From assembly GCA_016778305.1 (NCBI GenBank), contig JADHPT010000002.1, positions 3,649 to 67,648 of the forward strand: DNA of 64,000 nucleotides, read 5' to 3'. Source of the stretch: Poseidonia sp. (lineage in GTDB: Archaea; Thermoplasmatota; Poseidoniia; Poseidoniales; Poseidoniaceae). The position numbers were made by a program, and so were the translations under genes. The notes under the pieces were generated by a model. The model saw only the letters and a list, made by a program, of their open reading frames with translations, made no database searches and was not told where the DNA came from. Positions 38,627 to 48,815 of the stretch are shown one piece after another (position 1 is the stretch's first letter; every line of letters begins with the position of its first letter).

Positions 38627-40468
38627 TCGATCAACGCGATTGATGATCTGCAATCGAGAATTCCGAGTATAATCACCGCGTACTTCAGTGGCCCACGCAT
38701 CAAGCCCGATGTTCGTAACAACAACGTCGTCCCCAACTTCCATCATTTCAAATTGGGAATTCCAATCATCAGCCCAACCCTCAACTTTCATCGCACCCGT
38801 ATGATCGAGCAACATGAGGCCTCGGCGTCTCCAGACCTTCCCATTGCGCCCTACGCCACTTTTCTGATAGGTGTAGACCACCTTCCCACCCACACTATGT
38901 TTTGCTTGATAATCCATCAAATTGAATGATTCAGTTTCTGGTGACTCATCGAGGCTGAGTCGGGCAAAGGGGTCGAATTTGAGAACGATTTCGCCTTTCC
39001 AATTAACGGTGAAAATCGCATCCTCAACAAGGACATTTTGACCCTTTTTCGGCAAGGAGTGCCACGTTGAACCACCAAGATGATGCTCATTTGAAACGAA
39101 ATAAAGTTGAGCGAAATACTCATCCTGTTTGAGAACCATTTTCAGCGGAGTTTTTTCCCGAATAAGACCAACTGAAAATATTTCGCCGCGAACTGTAGCC
39201 CTCGCATTGAGATGTCCGATTTCCTCCAATATGGTTCGATCAAGCGAACCGGGCAATTGCAGCTGTGAAGGCAATACTTGTTCATCCGTACCCGAGCCGT
39301 TTGGACACATTGCCTTCCAGTCACATCGATCGCAACGTGACGTCTCCGGTGGTGCTGCAGGTTTACCCCCCGGGGCGAAGCCTCGCATTGGAGCAGGCGA
39401 AGGTGGACAATCCTCCCGAGTGGGTTGTTCTTGCTTCAATTCATTCCACAGGCTTTTCAAATCGCGCTCTATTTCATTCATTTCATCAATCGATGGGCAA
39501 GGAATCTCTTTGATACTGGCATGTCCAAGATACCAAATCTGAAGCGAATGAACCTGTGAAGAGCGCCCATGCGTGACGTACCACAACATGGCATAGATTC
39601 GTAATTGCTCAACATAATCCCCGGAACGGTCGTTGGCGCCAACGCTCGCTTTGAGGTCAACGATGGTGATTTCCCCGTCCCAACGGTATACCAAATCGTA
39701 TTCACCCTGAAACCAATGTTCGGGGTGAATTGCATTCATCGTGAAGGATTTTGCATCCGGGTGAACGAACCAGGGCCTTGTGATTTCCCAAGCCTCTACC
39801 CACGTGATGTCTCCATCAGTCGCTAGTGGATGATGGCGAGGGAAATCATTCTGCTGAAAACCATCTGGTGCAGGCCAATCCTCTCGTTTTCCCTCGCGCC
39901 ATTGACCCATATTTGGTCCACCCCCCGACTTGAAGCAACGTTCAACTTCGCGAAGATGAAATGTCAAACCTTCGAAGACCATGCGAAGGACTTCTTCTTC
40001 CTCAACATCGTGCCAATCTCCTGCCTTTCGTTCATCTTTCTCCCATTCTTTTCTGCACCGCTCATAGACCAGTGGAAAATGTTGTTCTGCCCGAGTAAAG
40101 GTCCATTCACGTAGGTCGTGGGGATTATCGGGAATCATCGATTCTTCCAAGGGAAGAAGCATGGATGCAGGCCAAGAACGGCTTTCCTCTCGATTTGGCC
40201 GACCCTCTTCGTCCAAAGGAGGTTTGCCATATGTTTCAGCCGGAGCCTCGCCAATAATCAATCCAGGCGATTCACGAAGCACACGACAAATGGTTTCCTC
40301 AACCGCCCTACCAACAAAGAGAACGGGAATCTGTGGCATCTTGAAGCGCAGGACTTTTTCATAATACCAAAGGCGAGGGCAGGCCTTGTAGGCGTTGAAT
40401 TGACTTGCAGAGAGACGCGCATAGGGCCCGATTGAATCGGTGTCGCTGTCAGCAAGTTGAACGGGCAT
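38615..40468 (-). CDS. Large Cas4/AddB-like Fe-S PD-(D/E)xK nuclease with C-terminal OB-fold-like region, paralogue A.
   Basis: LSASQFNAYKACPRLWYY (motif I with Cys). GEYDLVYRWDGEITIVDLK (D...D-x-K) and QLRIYAMLWY (QxxxY) are present. Cys triad CDRCDWKAMC. C-terminal ~190 aa beta-rich and OB-like. It shares CF(K/H)xGGGP with the neighbouring paralogue. Confidence 0.6.
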   Translation of the reverse strand: MPVQLADSDTDSIGPYARLSASQFNAYKACPRLWYYEKVLRFKMPQIPVLFVGRAVEETICRVLRESPGLIIGEAPAETYGKPPLDEEGRPNREESRSWPASMLLPLEESMIPDNPHDLREWTFTRAEQHFPLVYERCRKEWEKDERKAGDWHDVEEEEVLRMVFEGLTFHLREVERCFKSGGGPNMGQWREGKREDWPAPDGFQQNDFPRHHPLATDGDITWVEAWEITRPWFVHPDAKSFTMNAIHPEHWFQGEYDLVYRWDGEITIVDLKASVGANDRSGDYVEQLRIYAMLWYVTHGRSSQVHSLQIWYLGHASIKEIPCPSIDEMNEIERDLKSLWNELKQEQPTREDCPPSPAPMRGFAPGGKPAAPPETSRCDRCDWKAMCPNGSGTDEQVLPSQLQLPGSLDRTILEEIGHLNARATVRGEIFSVGLIREKTPLKMVLKQDEYFAQLYFVSNEHHLGGSTWHSLPKKGQNVLVEDAIFTVNWKGEIVLKFDPFARLSLDESPETESFNLMDYQAKHSVGGKVVYTYQKSGVGRNGKVWRRRGLMLLDHTGAMKVEGWADDWNSQFEMMEVGDDVVVTNIGLDAWATEVRGDYTRNSRLQIINRVDRSAA

Positions 40469-40509
40469 AGTAGAACGAAAGGAACCACCCCTTTTGAAGG
40501 CTCACCAAT

Positions 40510-42222
40510 TCAGTTCTTGAATGACGGTTGCAGAGAGGTTTCAAAGCGAGTTTTACGATTATCAATTCGCAATTGAAGGATGCCTGAGCGCCATCCAATC
40601 TCTACGCCAGTCATTGAAACCAAATCACCTGGTCGGAGTTTGAGGAGGCGCTGATTGATACTCGAACCAAAGGCGACAACTTCAGCCACGTGAGAACCAT
40701 CCCAGAGAATGAATGTCAGCATCGTCCAAGGTTTGCCATCGAGGCGGACACCTGAGCGTTTGCGGAGCGACAACACGTGTCCGCTGACATTTGCCCGTGT
40801 TCGCAACAAACCGAGGCGGGTAAATTCAGTCGCGCTTCCATCAGGGCTATCTGAGGCTGGAGTGATGGTCGTTTGTTCATCGAGGTAGACTCGCGGTTGG
40901 TCCCTCCATACGCCTGGCAGGGCGTTGTGGATCTCTACATCCCCACCAAGTTTGTGGAGATCAGCAAAGGTTCCTGGTTCACTCTCTTCAACGGTGACAT
41001 GCTTTTGTCCAGAGACCAAAACCGCACCCAAAACCTGCTCTCCAAAATGATTGGCTAAGGACCATTCACCCCCCAAAGACCCGCGGACGGAAACGCGCCC
41101 CTGTATGGATGACAAGGGTTGGTAGGGTGCACGCTGGGGGGCCATGGGAATGGATTCAATCCAAGCGGTCGTCGGTGTGGTATTCCAACCTGAATCATCT
41201 CTTGAAACGGAGCACCAAACACACCCCGCAGCTGAACCGTCGCAAGCCTGCTGAGGCGACCTTGGGAAGGCGAGTACGGCTTCGCCATCGGCTTGCATCA
41301 ATCCGTGTTGTGTTTGATAGAACTCAGTGAGATCTTCGATTTCTTTCGTATTCGGGGCATCATACATGACGCGTTCCCCTCCATTGAGGTACCAACCCTC
41401 CATCGAGGCTACCAATTCACCGTCATGGGTTTGATGCCAGAGCCATGAATAAAACCGAAGTTGATGCTCGAGGGACGAAGAAAAAGCAGAACCGGAACGC
41501 CCGGATTTGATATCGATCAAGCGAATTCGCCCATCCCACCGTAGGACCAGGTCCAATTCCCCTGAAGCCCAACCATCAGGATGATAGAGACGTTGTGGCT
41601 GATGAACGCGAGGATCCTTGACCCAGGGACGAGCACATTCCCATGCTTCATGCCACGTAACGGCGGCACCGCTGACACTCCACGTTGCTTGCTCGTTGGT
41701 ATCCCATTTCATTTTATCAATGTCCGGGACTTTTTCAGGTCGAGGGAAGATGGGTGGTGAACCCCACGTGGGAGACGGTACCGAGAAGGTTTGGACGCCT
41801 TTTCTGTTCGCCTCTAAGTAGGGGCCTCCTCCAGCATGAAAACAAGCCTGAACTTCCTCCAAAAACAGGCCTAAACCATCTGAGATTCGTTGTTCAAAAG
41901 AAGAAATGAAAACGTCGTCCCAATGGGTGCCCTCTTCAGTCCAAAGTGATTCCTTCCATTCGTCAGCACCTCGATCGTGAGCTTTCTGGGCAAGAGCAGG
42001 AATGGCTGATTGAGCCCATTCTTTCAGGGAATCATACGATTCCACAGCAGGAGGGTGCATCATCAACAATTCACAGAGAGCATCTTCCAATACCACTCCA
42101 ACAATCTGCGATGGGCGTGTCGGACCTTGGAGGCCAACTTGGTAGGCGAGTAGCCATTGTCGTGGGCATCGCAAGTAGGTCGTCAGTGAACTTGCAGAAA
42201 GACGACCTCTTGAGCGGCCCAA
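40510..42222 (-). CDS. Large Cas4/AddB-like Fe-S PD-(D/E)xK nuclease with C-terminal OB-fold-like region, paralogue B.
   Basis: LSASSLTTYLRCPRQW motif. GELDLVLRWDGRIRLIDIK and QLRFYSWLW present. Cys triad CDGSAAGCVWC. C-terminal OB-like ANVSGHVLSLRKRSG...LVSMTGVEIG. Confidence 0.6.
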   Translation of the reverse strand: MGRSRGRLSASSLTTYLRCPRQWLLAYQVGLQGPTRPSQIVGVVLEDALCELLMMHPPAVESYDSLKEWAQSAIPALAQKAHDRGADEWKESLWTEEGTHWDDVFISSFEQRISDGLGLFLEEVQACFHAGGGPYLEANRKGVQTFSVPSPTWGSPPIFPRPEKVPDIDKMKWDTNEQATWSVSGAAVTWHEAWECARPWVKDPRVHQPQRLYHPDGWASGELDLVLRWDGRIRLIDIKSGRSGSAFSSSLEHQLRFYSWLWHQTHDGELVASMEGWYLNGGERVMYDAPNTKEIEDLTEFYQTQHGLMQADGEAVLAFPRSPQQACDGSAAGCVWCSVSRDDSGWNTTPTTAWIESIPMAPQRAPYQPLSSIQGRVSVRGSLGGEWSLANHFGEQVLGAVLVSGQKHVTVEESEPGTFADLHKLGGDVEIHNALPGVWRDQPRVYLDEQTTITPASDSPDGSATEFTRLGLLRTRANVSGHVLSLRKRSGVRLDGKPWTMLTFILWDGSHVAEVVAFGSSINQRLLKLRPGDLVSMTGVEIGWRSGILQLRIDNRKTRFETSLQPSFKN

Positions 42223-42294
42223 AGGGCCCCCAAGTGGAGGTAAACCTACTGGTATGACAAGACCTCCATCTCGGCAACAATGCCGACGCTAACA

Positions 42295-44073
42295 TCATGC
42301 ATCATAGGAATAATAGTCACCACTGTTTCGTTGTTCTCGGTCTTTACGACTTTCAGATTTGTTGATACGCGGCCTACGGGAATCATGATCACGGCGGAAC
42401 GTTACATCCACGCTTGACAAAAATTTATTCATTCCTTCTCGTAGGTCAAAGGGGCCGGTTGCACGGCCTTCAATACCACCTTTTCCTTCGAAAACAAGGA
42501 GCGAGTCGGCAACGATATCGATGAAGTAAACGTCGTGATCGATGACAAAGGCTGATTTTTCATTGGCCTCCATCGTTCTTCGGATGGCCTTTGCGGCTTC
42601 CATTCGAGCATTCGCATCCAAGTGGGCTGACGGTTCATCAAGCAAATACAAATCTGCATCCCGTCCTAAACAGACTGCGATTGAAACAGCTTGTCGTTCA
42701 CCACCAGAGAGTTTCTTGACCCGCTTCGAAAGAAGTTGGTCAACACCCAACGCTCGGATGACATTCACGTTGAATTCACCACTGCGCCATTTTGGACCCA
42801 ATTCACTATCGAGCCACAATTGAACAGAACCGTCGATATCAACATCGATGTGCTGTGGTTTGTAAGAGATCGTTGCGTCAGCAGTGACCCAACCTTCTTC
42901 ATATTCATGTTCACCAGCAAGCAATTTAATCATCGTAGATTTGCCAGTTCCGTTTGAACCTACAACGCCTACTACCTCGGCTCGATGAACGGCCCCCTCA
43001 CCCGAAGTAAGTGTAAACTCACCGAGTTGCTTCTTGAGCCCACTCCAACTCACAACAGGGGTACCAATCTCTGCTTTTCGGTCACGATGTCGAAGGAATT
43101 TAATCGGTTTGTCTCGAATCCGCACGTTCTCTTCGGGAAGAAATCCATCGAGGTAACTATTGATGGCTTGGCGGGTGGAACGAGCTGGTGTGAAGATACC
43201 AAATGCGCCTTTCTTCCCGTAGACGATGTGGACCAGGTCTGCAAGCACATCCAGTACGGCGATGTCGTGTTCAATCACAATCACACGCTTGGTTTCAGAA
43301 AGGCGTTGAATGATTCCAACAATTCGCATGCGTTCGTGAATGTCGAGGTAAGATGATGGTTCGTCAAAGAAGTAGACATCGACGTCACGCAGAATGGTGG
43401 CACAAATGGCCATTCGCTGTAATTCTCCACCTGAAAGTTGCTGAACCGTTCGTTCAAGGAGATGATCGATTCCCAAATCTTTGGTCATCTGGTCCATCAT
43501 GTTGCGTTCATCCACCTTGGTGAGTAATTGCTTCACGGTGCCTTGCACTCGTTTTGGAAGACGGTCCACGTTTTGGGGTTTGACAGCAACACGTATTTTG
43601 TCATCCTGCACAGCGATGAAGAAATCTCTCAATTCACCTCTGGGAAGGGATTCAATGACGTTCGACCAATCGGGTTCTGTATCAAGCCAATCACCGAGGT
43701 TTGGGATAATACGCCCCGAGAGAGCGCTAATTGCAGTAGATTTCCCCATGCCGTTGGGGCCAAGGATTCCTACAACGCTTTCTTTGGATGGAGTGGGAAG
43801 ACGGAATAGACGGAACCCATTCATAGAATAGCGGTGGATCATATCAGTCTCAAGTTCACTTGGAAGATTTTCAATGATGAGAGCATCATGGGGACATTTA
43901 TTGATGCAGATGCCGCATCCGATGCACAGACTCTCAGAAATGTGAGGCTTTCCTGTTTTGTCATCCATGATGATGCATTCTTGTCCGTTTCGAACGGGTG
44001 GACAAAAATCATGACATTCGTCATTGCATTTCTTAGGCTGACAATTGTCTTCCTTCAGAACTGCAACACGCAT
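42295..44073 (-). CDS. abcE1: ABCE1 (RNase L inhibitor) ribosome-recycling ATPase.
   Basis: N-terminal twin 4Fe-4S ferredoxin cysteines (CQPKKC...CPP; CIGCGICINKCP). Two ABC cassettes with Walker A GPNGMGKST and GSNGTGKST. Confidence 0.9.
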   Translation of the reverse strand: MRVAVLKEDNCQPKKCNDECHDFCPPVRNGQECIIMDDKTGKPHISESLCIGCGICINKCPHDALIIENLPSELETDMIHRYSMNGFRLFRLPTPSKESVVGILGPNGMGKSTAISALSGRIIPNLGDWLDTEPDWSNVIESLPRGELRDFFIAVQDDKIRVAVKPQNVDRLPKRVQGTVKQLLTKVDERNMMDQMTKDLGIDHLLERTVQQLSGGELQRMAICATILRDVDVYFFDEPSSYLDIHERMRIVGIIQRLSETKRVIVIEHDIAVLDVLADLVHIVYGKKGAFGIFTPARSTRQAINSYLDGFLPEENVRIRDKPIKFLRHRDRKAEIGTPVVSWSGLKKQLGEFTLTSGEGAVHRAEVVGVVGSNGTGKSTMIKLLAGEHEYEEGWVTADATISYKPQHIDVDIDGSVQLWLDSELGPKWRSGEFNVNVIRALGVDQLLSKRVKKLSGGERQAVSIAVCLGRDADLYLLDEPSAHLDANARMEAAKAIRRTMEANEKSAFVIDHDVYFIDIVADSLLVFEGKGGIEGRATGPFDLREGMNKFLSSVDVTFRRDHDSRRPRINKSESRKDREQRNSGDYYSYDA

Positions 44074-44166
44074 GCCCTCACCTCTCCAAGCCTCTCTGCC
44101 GTGTTATTTTGTTTAACCTGTTCAACACCGGGACAAACCCAGCAATTGATGTGTAGTGTGTCCTGC

Positions 44167-44706
44167 TCAAATGAGTCCTTTGAGATGCTCGTGTCCACGA
44201 ATCAAGCGGACCGTGCAGGGCGTTGGGAATTTCATACTGGCCTTACGCAACGCATCACGAGCAGTGAGGTAGTGCTGAGGGTGGACTTGAATGGAGATCA
44301 CACGTTGTCCACGCTTGACACGAGCAGCGGTTCCGACGTTCTTACCGAACGCACAGCGCATGCCTTGAGAGACACGGTCTGCACCTGCCCCAGTTGCTTG
44401 CTTGTTTTCACGTAGTACGTGGTGAGGGAAGGTGTGAATGCGAAGAGCGTATCCTTGTGCACCAGCGTCACTACGAATCGTAGAGTTGGAAACAACACGA
44501 GCAGCCTCAAGAGCGGTGTGGCGGATTTGAACATCGTTGTCGGCACGTAATTCGAGAACAACTGGGAACTGACCAGTCTCTGCAGCACGGCGGTTACCGA
44601 CGTGGAATTGGTGGATACGGTTGTTGGGTACACCACCGATATACTTGCGGCGCGTATAAGCAGGACCCTTCAAACGACGGTACATCACAGCGGGTTTACG
44701 TGCCAT
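44167..44706 (-). CDS. rpl10e: Ribosomal protein L10e (uL16).
   Basis: MARKPAVMYRR...GMRCAFGK is the L10e/L16 signature. The internal Met is used rather than the ORF-track start. Confidence 0.85.
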   Translation of the reverse strand: MARKPAVMYRRLKGPAYTRRKYIGGVPNNRIHQFHVGNRRAAETGQFPVVLELRADNDVQIRHTALEAARVVSNSTIRSDAGAQGYALRIHTFPHHVLRENKQATGAGADRVSQGMRCAFGKNVGTAARVKRGQRVISIQVHPQHYLTARDALRKASMKFPTPCTVRLIRGHEHLKGLI

Positions 44707-44843
44707 AGGTAATCCTCCAAGCGTCCTTGCCACCGATGCTCCCTTTATCATATCTCCGCATGGCTCAATCCGACATGCATATTGACGAGAGGAGGTTTAC
44801 ACATCAACAAAGCCTTCATGGACTGATGGACCCACCTAGCAGC

Positions 44844-46055
44844 ATGGCCGGTGGATGGAGGGGACTTCTTCGCGAAGAATCCGAACATCAATGGCTCGCT
44901 ATTGCCGTATTCTTCCTTTTCATCTTGGTCGGTGCTTTTGCCCTCGAAGGCACGCAACACTTCGTTGGTGACACCCTCAAACCACTTGACGCACAACACA
45001 ACGGCGGATTGGTCCTGGATATTGAGTATCATCAAGCCAATTCATCCTATACCGCACTGGTGTACTCTCCGGGGGCCGGCTATCATTTCTTCACCGAACA
45101 TGTTGATGACGGAACAACATCCGTGATTTACACTCCTGACACCAATGACTTAGGCAGAGACGTCAACTTTGTGAAAACCATGCCTGACGGTGAAATCGTG
45201 TTTTCGGTTTCAGACAACCAATTGATTGGATTGCAATCAAATCTCATGGTCAGCTATGAATACAGCACCAACAACGGTGAATTTGGCATCCTCGATGTTG
45301 CCGAACAAACCACTGAGGGCGCAACACAACGCCTCTTGTTAACGCAAGAAGGACAGAATAAATCCTTCAGAGGCGTTTCAAGTTTGATTCCAACTCCTGC
45401 TATGTCGATGACTGCGGGTATTCAGTGGCATTCGGTTGAAGCACATTCTGCAGGAATGTGGCTGGCAATAGGATCACACAGCACAACTGCTGGAGGGGAC
45501 GGTTCAAGTCCAGCAGCCCCAAAAGCGAGAGCAGCGCTCGGATGGATAGCATGGGATGGAACTGAACGCACACCTGTTCTCTCTCAACTCGACGTAGTAA
45601 CATATCCCGGGCAATTCCACAGTATCTCATCCACGCCAACCGGCCTGGTCGTTGGCGGTACTGAGACCAGTCTTCATATCGGCTTGGATGAAGTGATTTT
45701 CGATCTCGAAACACCCTCCAGTGTTTCAGTCGCAGATAACGAAGGGACGGTTTGGTTCATCGGTGAGCAAGGCACAGATACAATCACAACATGGGACGGT
45801 GAAATTCTGGAGATTCATCTTCTTAGTCGAGACGTACCGCTGGATACCACGGCTGTTGGAGTCAATGGAGATAACGTGCATATTCACGGAACCAATTCGG
45901 ACGGGATGCCCATCGTGTGGAGTATTGATGTCAAAGCAAATGGCTCTATAGAAAGCGGCCGTGGCTTCCTTAGCCTCCTCTTCATCATTGGCGGCGGCGC
46001 CCTCTTGGGCATCATGGGTAAGCATGCCTTTGAACAACGCAAGGCTTTGAACTAA
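44844..46055 (+). CDS. Membrane-anchored extracellular protein with N- and C-terminal TM helices.
   Basis: N-terminal TM WLAIAVFFLFILVGAFAL. Beta-rich ectodomain. C-terminal helix plus a basic tail. Start uncertain (44727 to 44844). Confidence 0.45.
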   Translation: MAGGWRGLLREESEHQWLAIAVFFLFILVGAFALEGTQHFVGDTLKPLDAQHNGGLVLDIEYHQANSSYTALVYSPGAGYHFFTEHVDDGTTSVIYTPDTNDLGRDVNFVKTMPDGEIVFSVSDNQLIGLQSNLMVSYEYSTNNGEFGILDVAEQTTEGATQRLLLTQEGQNKSFRGVSSLIPTPAMSMTAGIQWHSVEAHSAGMWLAIGSHSTTAGGDGSSPAAPKARAALGWIAWDGTERTPVLSQLDVVTYPGQFHSISSTPTGLVVGGTETSLHIGLDEVIFDLETPSSVSVADNEGTVWFIGEQGTDTITTWDGEILEIHLLSRDVPLDTTAVGVNGDNVHIHGTNSDGMPIVWSIDVKANGSIESGRGFLSLLFIIGGGALLGIMGKHAFEQRKALN

Positions 46056-46151
46056 CTTCTGGCTTTCATGCGGTGCAATCAAGGTCTCGCCAAGAATGAC
46101 GCGAGAACCTTCATGTGCCCTCGTCAACTTCCTCAAACTCCAGCGTAAGCC

Positions 46152-48815
46152 ATGGAGGTGATGATGATGACAAAACGGGGCATGATGGACCAGTTCTTTG
46201 ATCTCAAGGAAGCCCATCCCGACACCATCCTTTTCTTCCGTATGGGCGATTTTTACGAGCTTTTCCACGAAGACGCTGAAATTGCAGCCGATGTTCTTGG
46301 CTTGGCATTGACATCTCGAGACAAGAAAGCAGCAGACCCGATCCCGATGGCTGGATTCCCCTGGCACGGGCTCGAAGAACATCTGCGAAGCATGCTTCGT
46401 GCAGGATACAAAGTGACGGTTGCAGAGCAAGAGGAGGAGTTGAGAGAGGGGGCAAAATTACTCGAGCGCGTTGCGACCCGTGTCTATACTCCTGGAAGCC
46501 TCTACGAGGAGAACTTGCTTGACGGTGATGAACGTTCCATGCTCGCCGCCGTGGCGCTCTCTAACGATCGGCTGGGCTTAGCCGTCATTGATGCTTCAAC
46601 GGGCCAAGCCTGGGCCAGTACTCACGAGGGCTCGGACCGCTTTGTACGTTTGACCGATGACCTACAACGATGGCAACCAACTGAATTGGTGCTTTCATCC
46701 AAGGATGCCGAAGATCCTGAGATGGGGAGATTATTCCTTCATCTGGACGGGGTTATGGTAAGCCACCACCAACTGAGCAAACAACGCCGAGAGGACCGAT
46801 TACGAGACATGCTCAACGTGGCAGATCTGGGGCATTTGGATCTTGATAGCGCTCCGTTAGCGCTCTCCGCAACCGGCCTGGCTGCAGACTACCTAGCCAC
46901 AGTACATTTACGCACTGAAGTACCTCTTCGTGATGTAGAAGTGGTGGAAGAGCAAGGACATTTGCTTCTTGACCAAACGACCCTCAAGAATCTAGAATTG
47001 ACCTCCACACTCGCAGGAGAATACGAAGGAAGCCTTCTTTCCACCTTGAACCGTTGTCGAACTGCCATGGGGCGAAGACTGCTCAAAACCTGGATTCTTC
47101 ACCCTTTAGCGACGATGGAGGCTATTGCAGCACGCCACCAAGCAGTTGGAGCCCTGAGTCGTTCTTCTCGACGATTGGACGGATTGCGTGAATCGCTCAA
47201 GGGCATCCGTGATATGGAACGTTTGGCCACACAACTGTCCTACGGACGAAGCAATGCTAGAGATATTCTCGCAACTGCATTGGCCCTTGAGCGAATGCCT
47301 GCTATCATGCAATGGTGTGGGGATACCAACGATCCCCTCTTGCAACATCTCGCTTCTGATCTTGATGACCTCCATGAAATGGGCTTACTCATTCAACAAA
47401 CATTGGCTCAATCTCCGCCACTGAGCCTTCGTGATGGTGGCCTATTGCAGCAAGGAGTGGATGAAGAAATTGACCGTCTACGCGATATTACCTCCAAGGG
47501 AAAGGCTTGGTTTTCAGAACTGGAGGCCGACTTACGCACTGAATTAGAGATCCCCTCGCTTAAGGTTCGAATGAATCGGCAGATTGGTTGGTTCATTGAG
47601 GTCACACAATCCCATGAGGAAAAGGTCCCAGAGACTTGGCGAAGAAAGCAGCAAATGACCAATGGGTCGAGATATATTACTGATGAATTGGTAGAACGTG
47701 ATGATTTGCTTCTCGGAGCTGATACCAAATTGAAGGAATTGGAATACAGGAAATTCCTTGAATTGCGAACATATTGTCTCCAGCATGCACCTACTCTTGC
47801 CGATATCGCCAGGCATATTGCGGCCATCGATGCCTTGCAGTGCTTCGCAAGTGTGAGTCGCGAACGTCAATGGATTCGGCCAGAAATGGTCGATAGCGAC
47901 ACCCTCATTTTAGAGGGTGCTCGACACCCAGTTCTCGAACTTCAATCAGGCTTTGTTCCCAACGACCTTAGCATGAATAAAAAACGCAATTTCCTGCTGA
48001 TCACGGGCCCAAATATGGGAGGTAAATCGACCTATTTGAGGACGGTAGCCCTCCTCACTGTGTTGGCACAAGCAGGCTGTTACGTTCCGGCAAAGAAGGC
48101 AAAGATTGGGATGGTCGATCGAATATTCACTCGCGTCGGTGCGAGTGATGATCTTCGCAGAGGCCGCTCTACCTTCATGATGGAAATGATTGAGGTCGCT
48201 CATATTTTGAAGCGTGCAAGTGCTCGTTCCCTCCTCTTGCTTGACGAAATTGGCCGCGGAACATCAACCTTTGACGGGCTTTCTATCGCCTGGGCAGTGA
48301 CCGAAGATGTGTGTCAGCGTATTGGCGCACGCACCCTGTTTGCCACCCATTACCACCAGCTTATCGGATTGGAAGGAGAAATCACGGGACTCCACAACGT
48401 TCACGTCCAGGTGGTTCAAGATGAGGGGACCTTACGATTCTTACACACCGTTGCAGACGGTCCTTGTGATGAATCCTATGGTGTTCAGGTTGCTGCCCTT
48501 GCTGGACTGCCTCGTAACGTCGTTGAGCGAGCAACTGATTTGCTGGCCTTTTTGGAACAGCAAGCCCACGGGGCAAAAGCCGGAGAACAGGGAGCACCGG
48601 GGAGCAGAGATCTCGGACAATCAAGCCTCATGGGATACTTTGCAGCAGCTGCCATGACCGACCAAGGGCAACATCCTCCACCCCAAGAGCAACCTCAGCA
48701 TCACAAGGACGTCATCGAACGACTGCTTGAAGCAAACGTTGATGAATTAACTCCTAGACAGGCGCTTGACCTTCTCTATGCACTGAAATCAACGGTAGGA
48801 GGTGAAGATTCATGA
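46152..48815 (+). CDS. mutS: DNA mismatch repair protein MutS.
   Basis: N-terminal mismatch-binding motif FFRMGDFYELF. Walker A GPNMGGKSTYLR. 887 aa. Confidence 0.9.
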   Translation: MEVMMMTKRGMMDQFFDLKEAHPDTILFFRMGDFYELFHEDAEIAADVLGLALTSRDKKAADPIPMAGFPWHGLEEHLRSMLRAGYKVTVAEQEEELREGAKLLERVATRVYTPGSLYEENLLDGDERSMLAAVALSNDRLGLAVIDASTGQAWASTHEGSDRFVRLTDDLQRWQPTELVLSSKDAEDPEMGRLFLHLDGVMVSHHQLSKQRREDRLRDMLNVADLGHLDLDSAPLALSATGLAADYLATVHLRTEVPLRDVEVVEEQGHLLLDQTTLKNLELTSTLAGEYEGSLLSTLNRCRTAMGRRLLKTWILHPLATMEAIAARHQAVGALSRSSRRLDGLRESLKGIRDMERLATQLSYGRSNARDILATALALERMPAIMQWCGDTNDPLLQHLASDLDDLHEMGLLIQQTLAQSPPLSLRDGGLLQQGVDEEIDRLRDITSKGKAWFSELEADLRTELEIPSLKVRMNRQIGWFIEVTQSHEEKVPETWRRKQQMTNGSRYITDELVERDDLLLGADTKLKELEYRKFLELRTYCLQHAPTLADIARHIAAIDALQCFASVSRERQWIRPEMVDSDTLILEGARHPVLELQSGFVPNDLSMNKKRNFLLITGPNMGGKSTYLRTVALLTVLAQAGCYVPAKKAKIGMVDRIFTRVGASDDLRRGRSTFMMEMIEVAHILKRASARSLLLLDEIGRGTSTFDGLSIAWAVTEDVCQRIGARTLFATHYHQLIGLEGEITGLHNVHVQVVQDEGTLRFLHTVADGPCDESYGVQVAALAGLPRNVVERATDLLAFLEQQAHGAKAGEQGAPGSRDLGQSSLMGYFAAAAMTDQGQHPPPQEQPQHHKDVIERLLEANVDELTPRQALDLLYALKSTVGGEDS

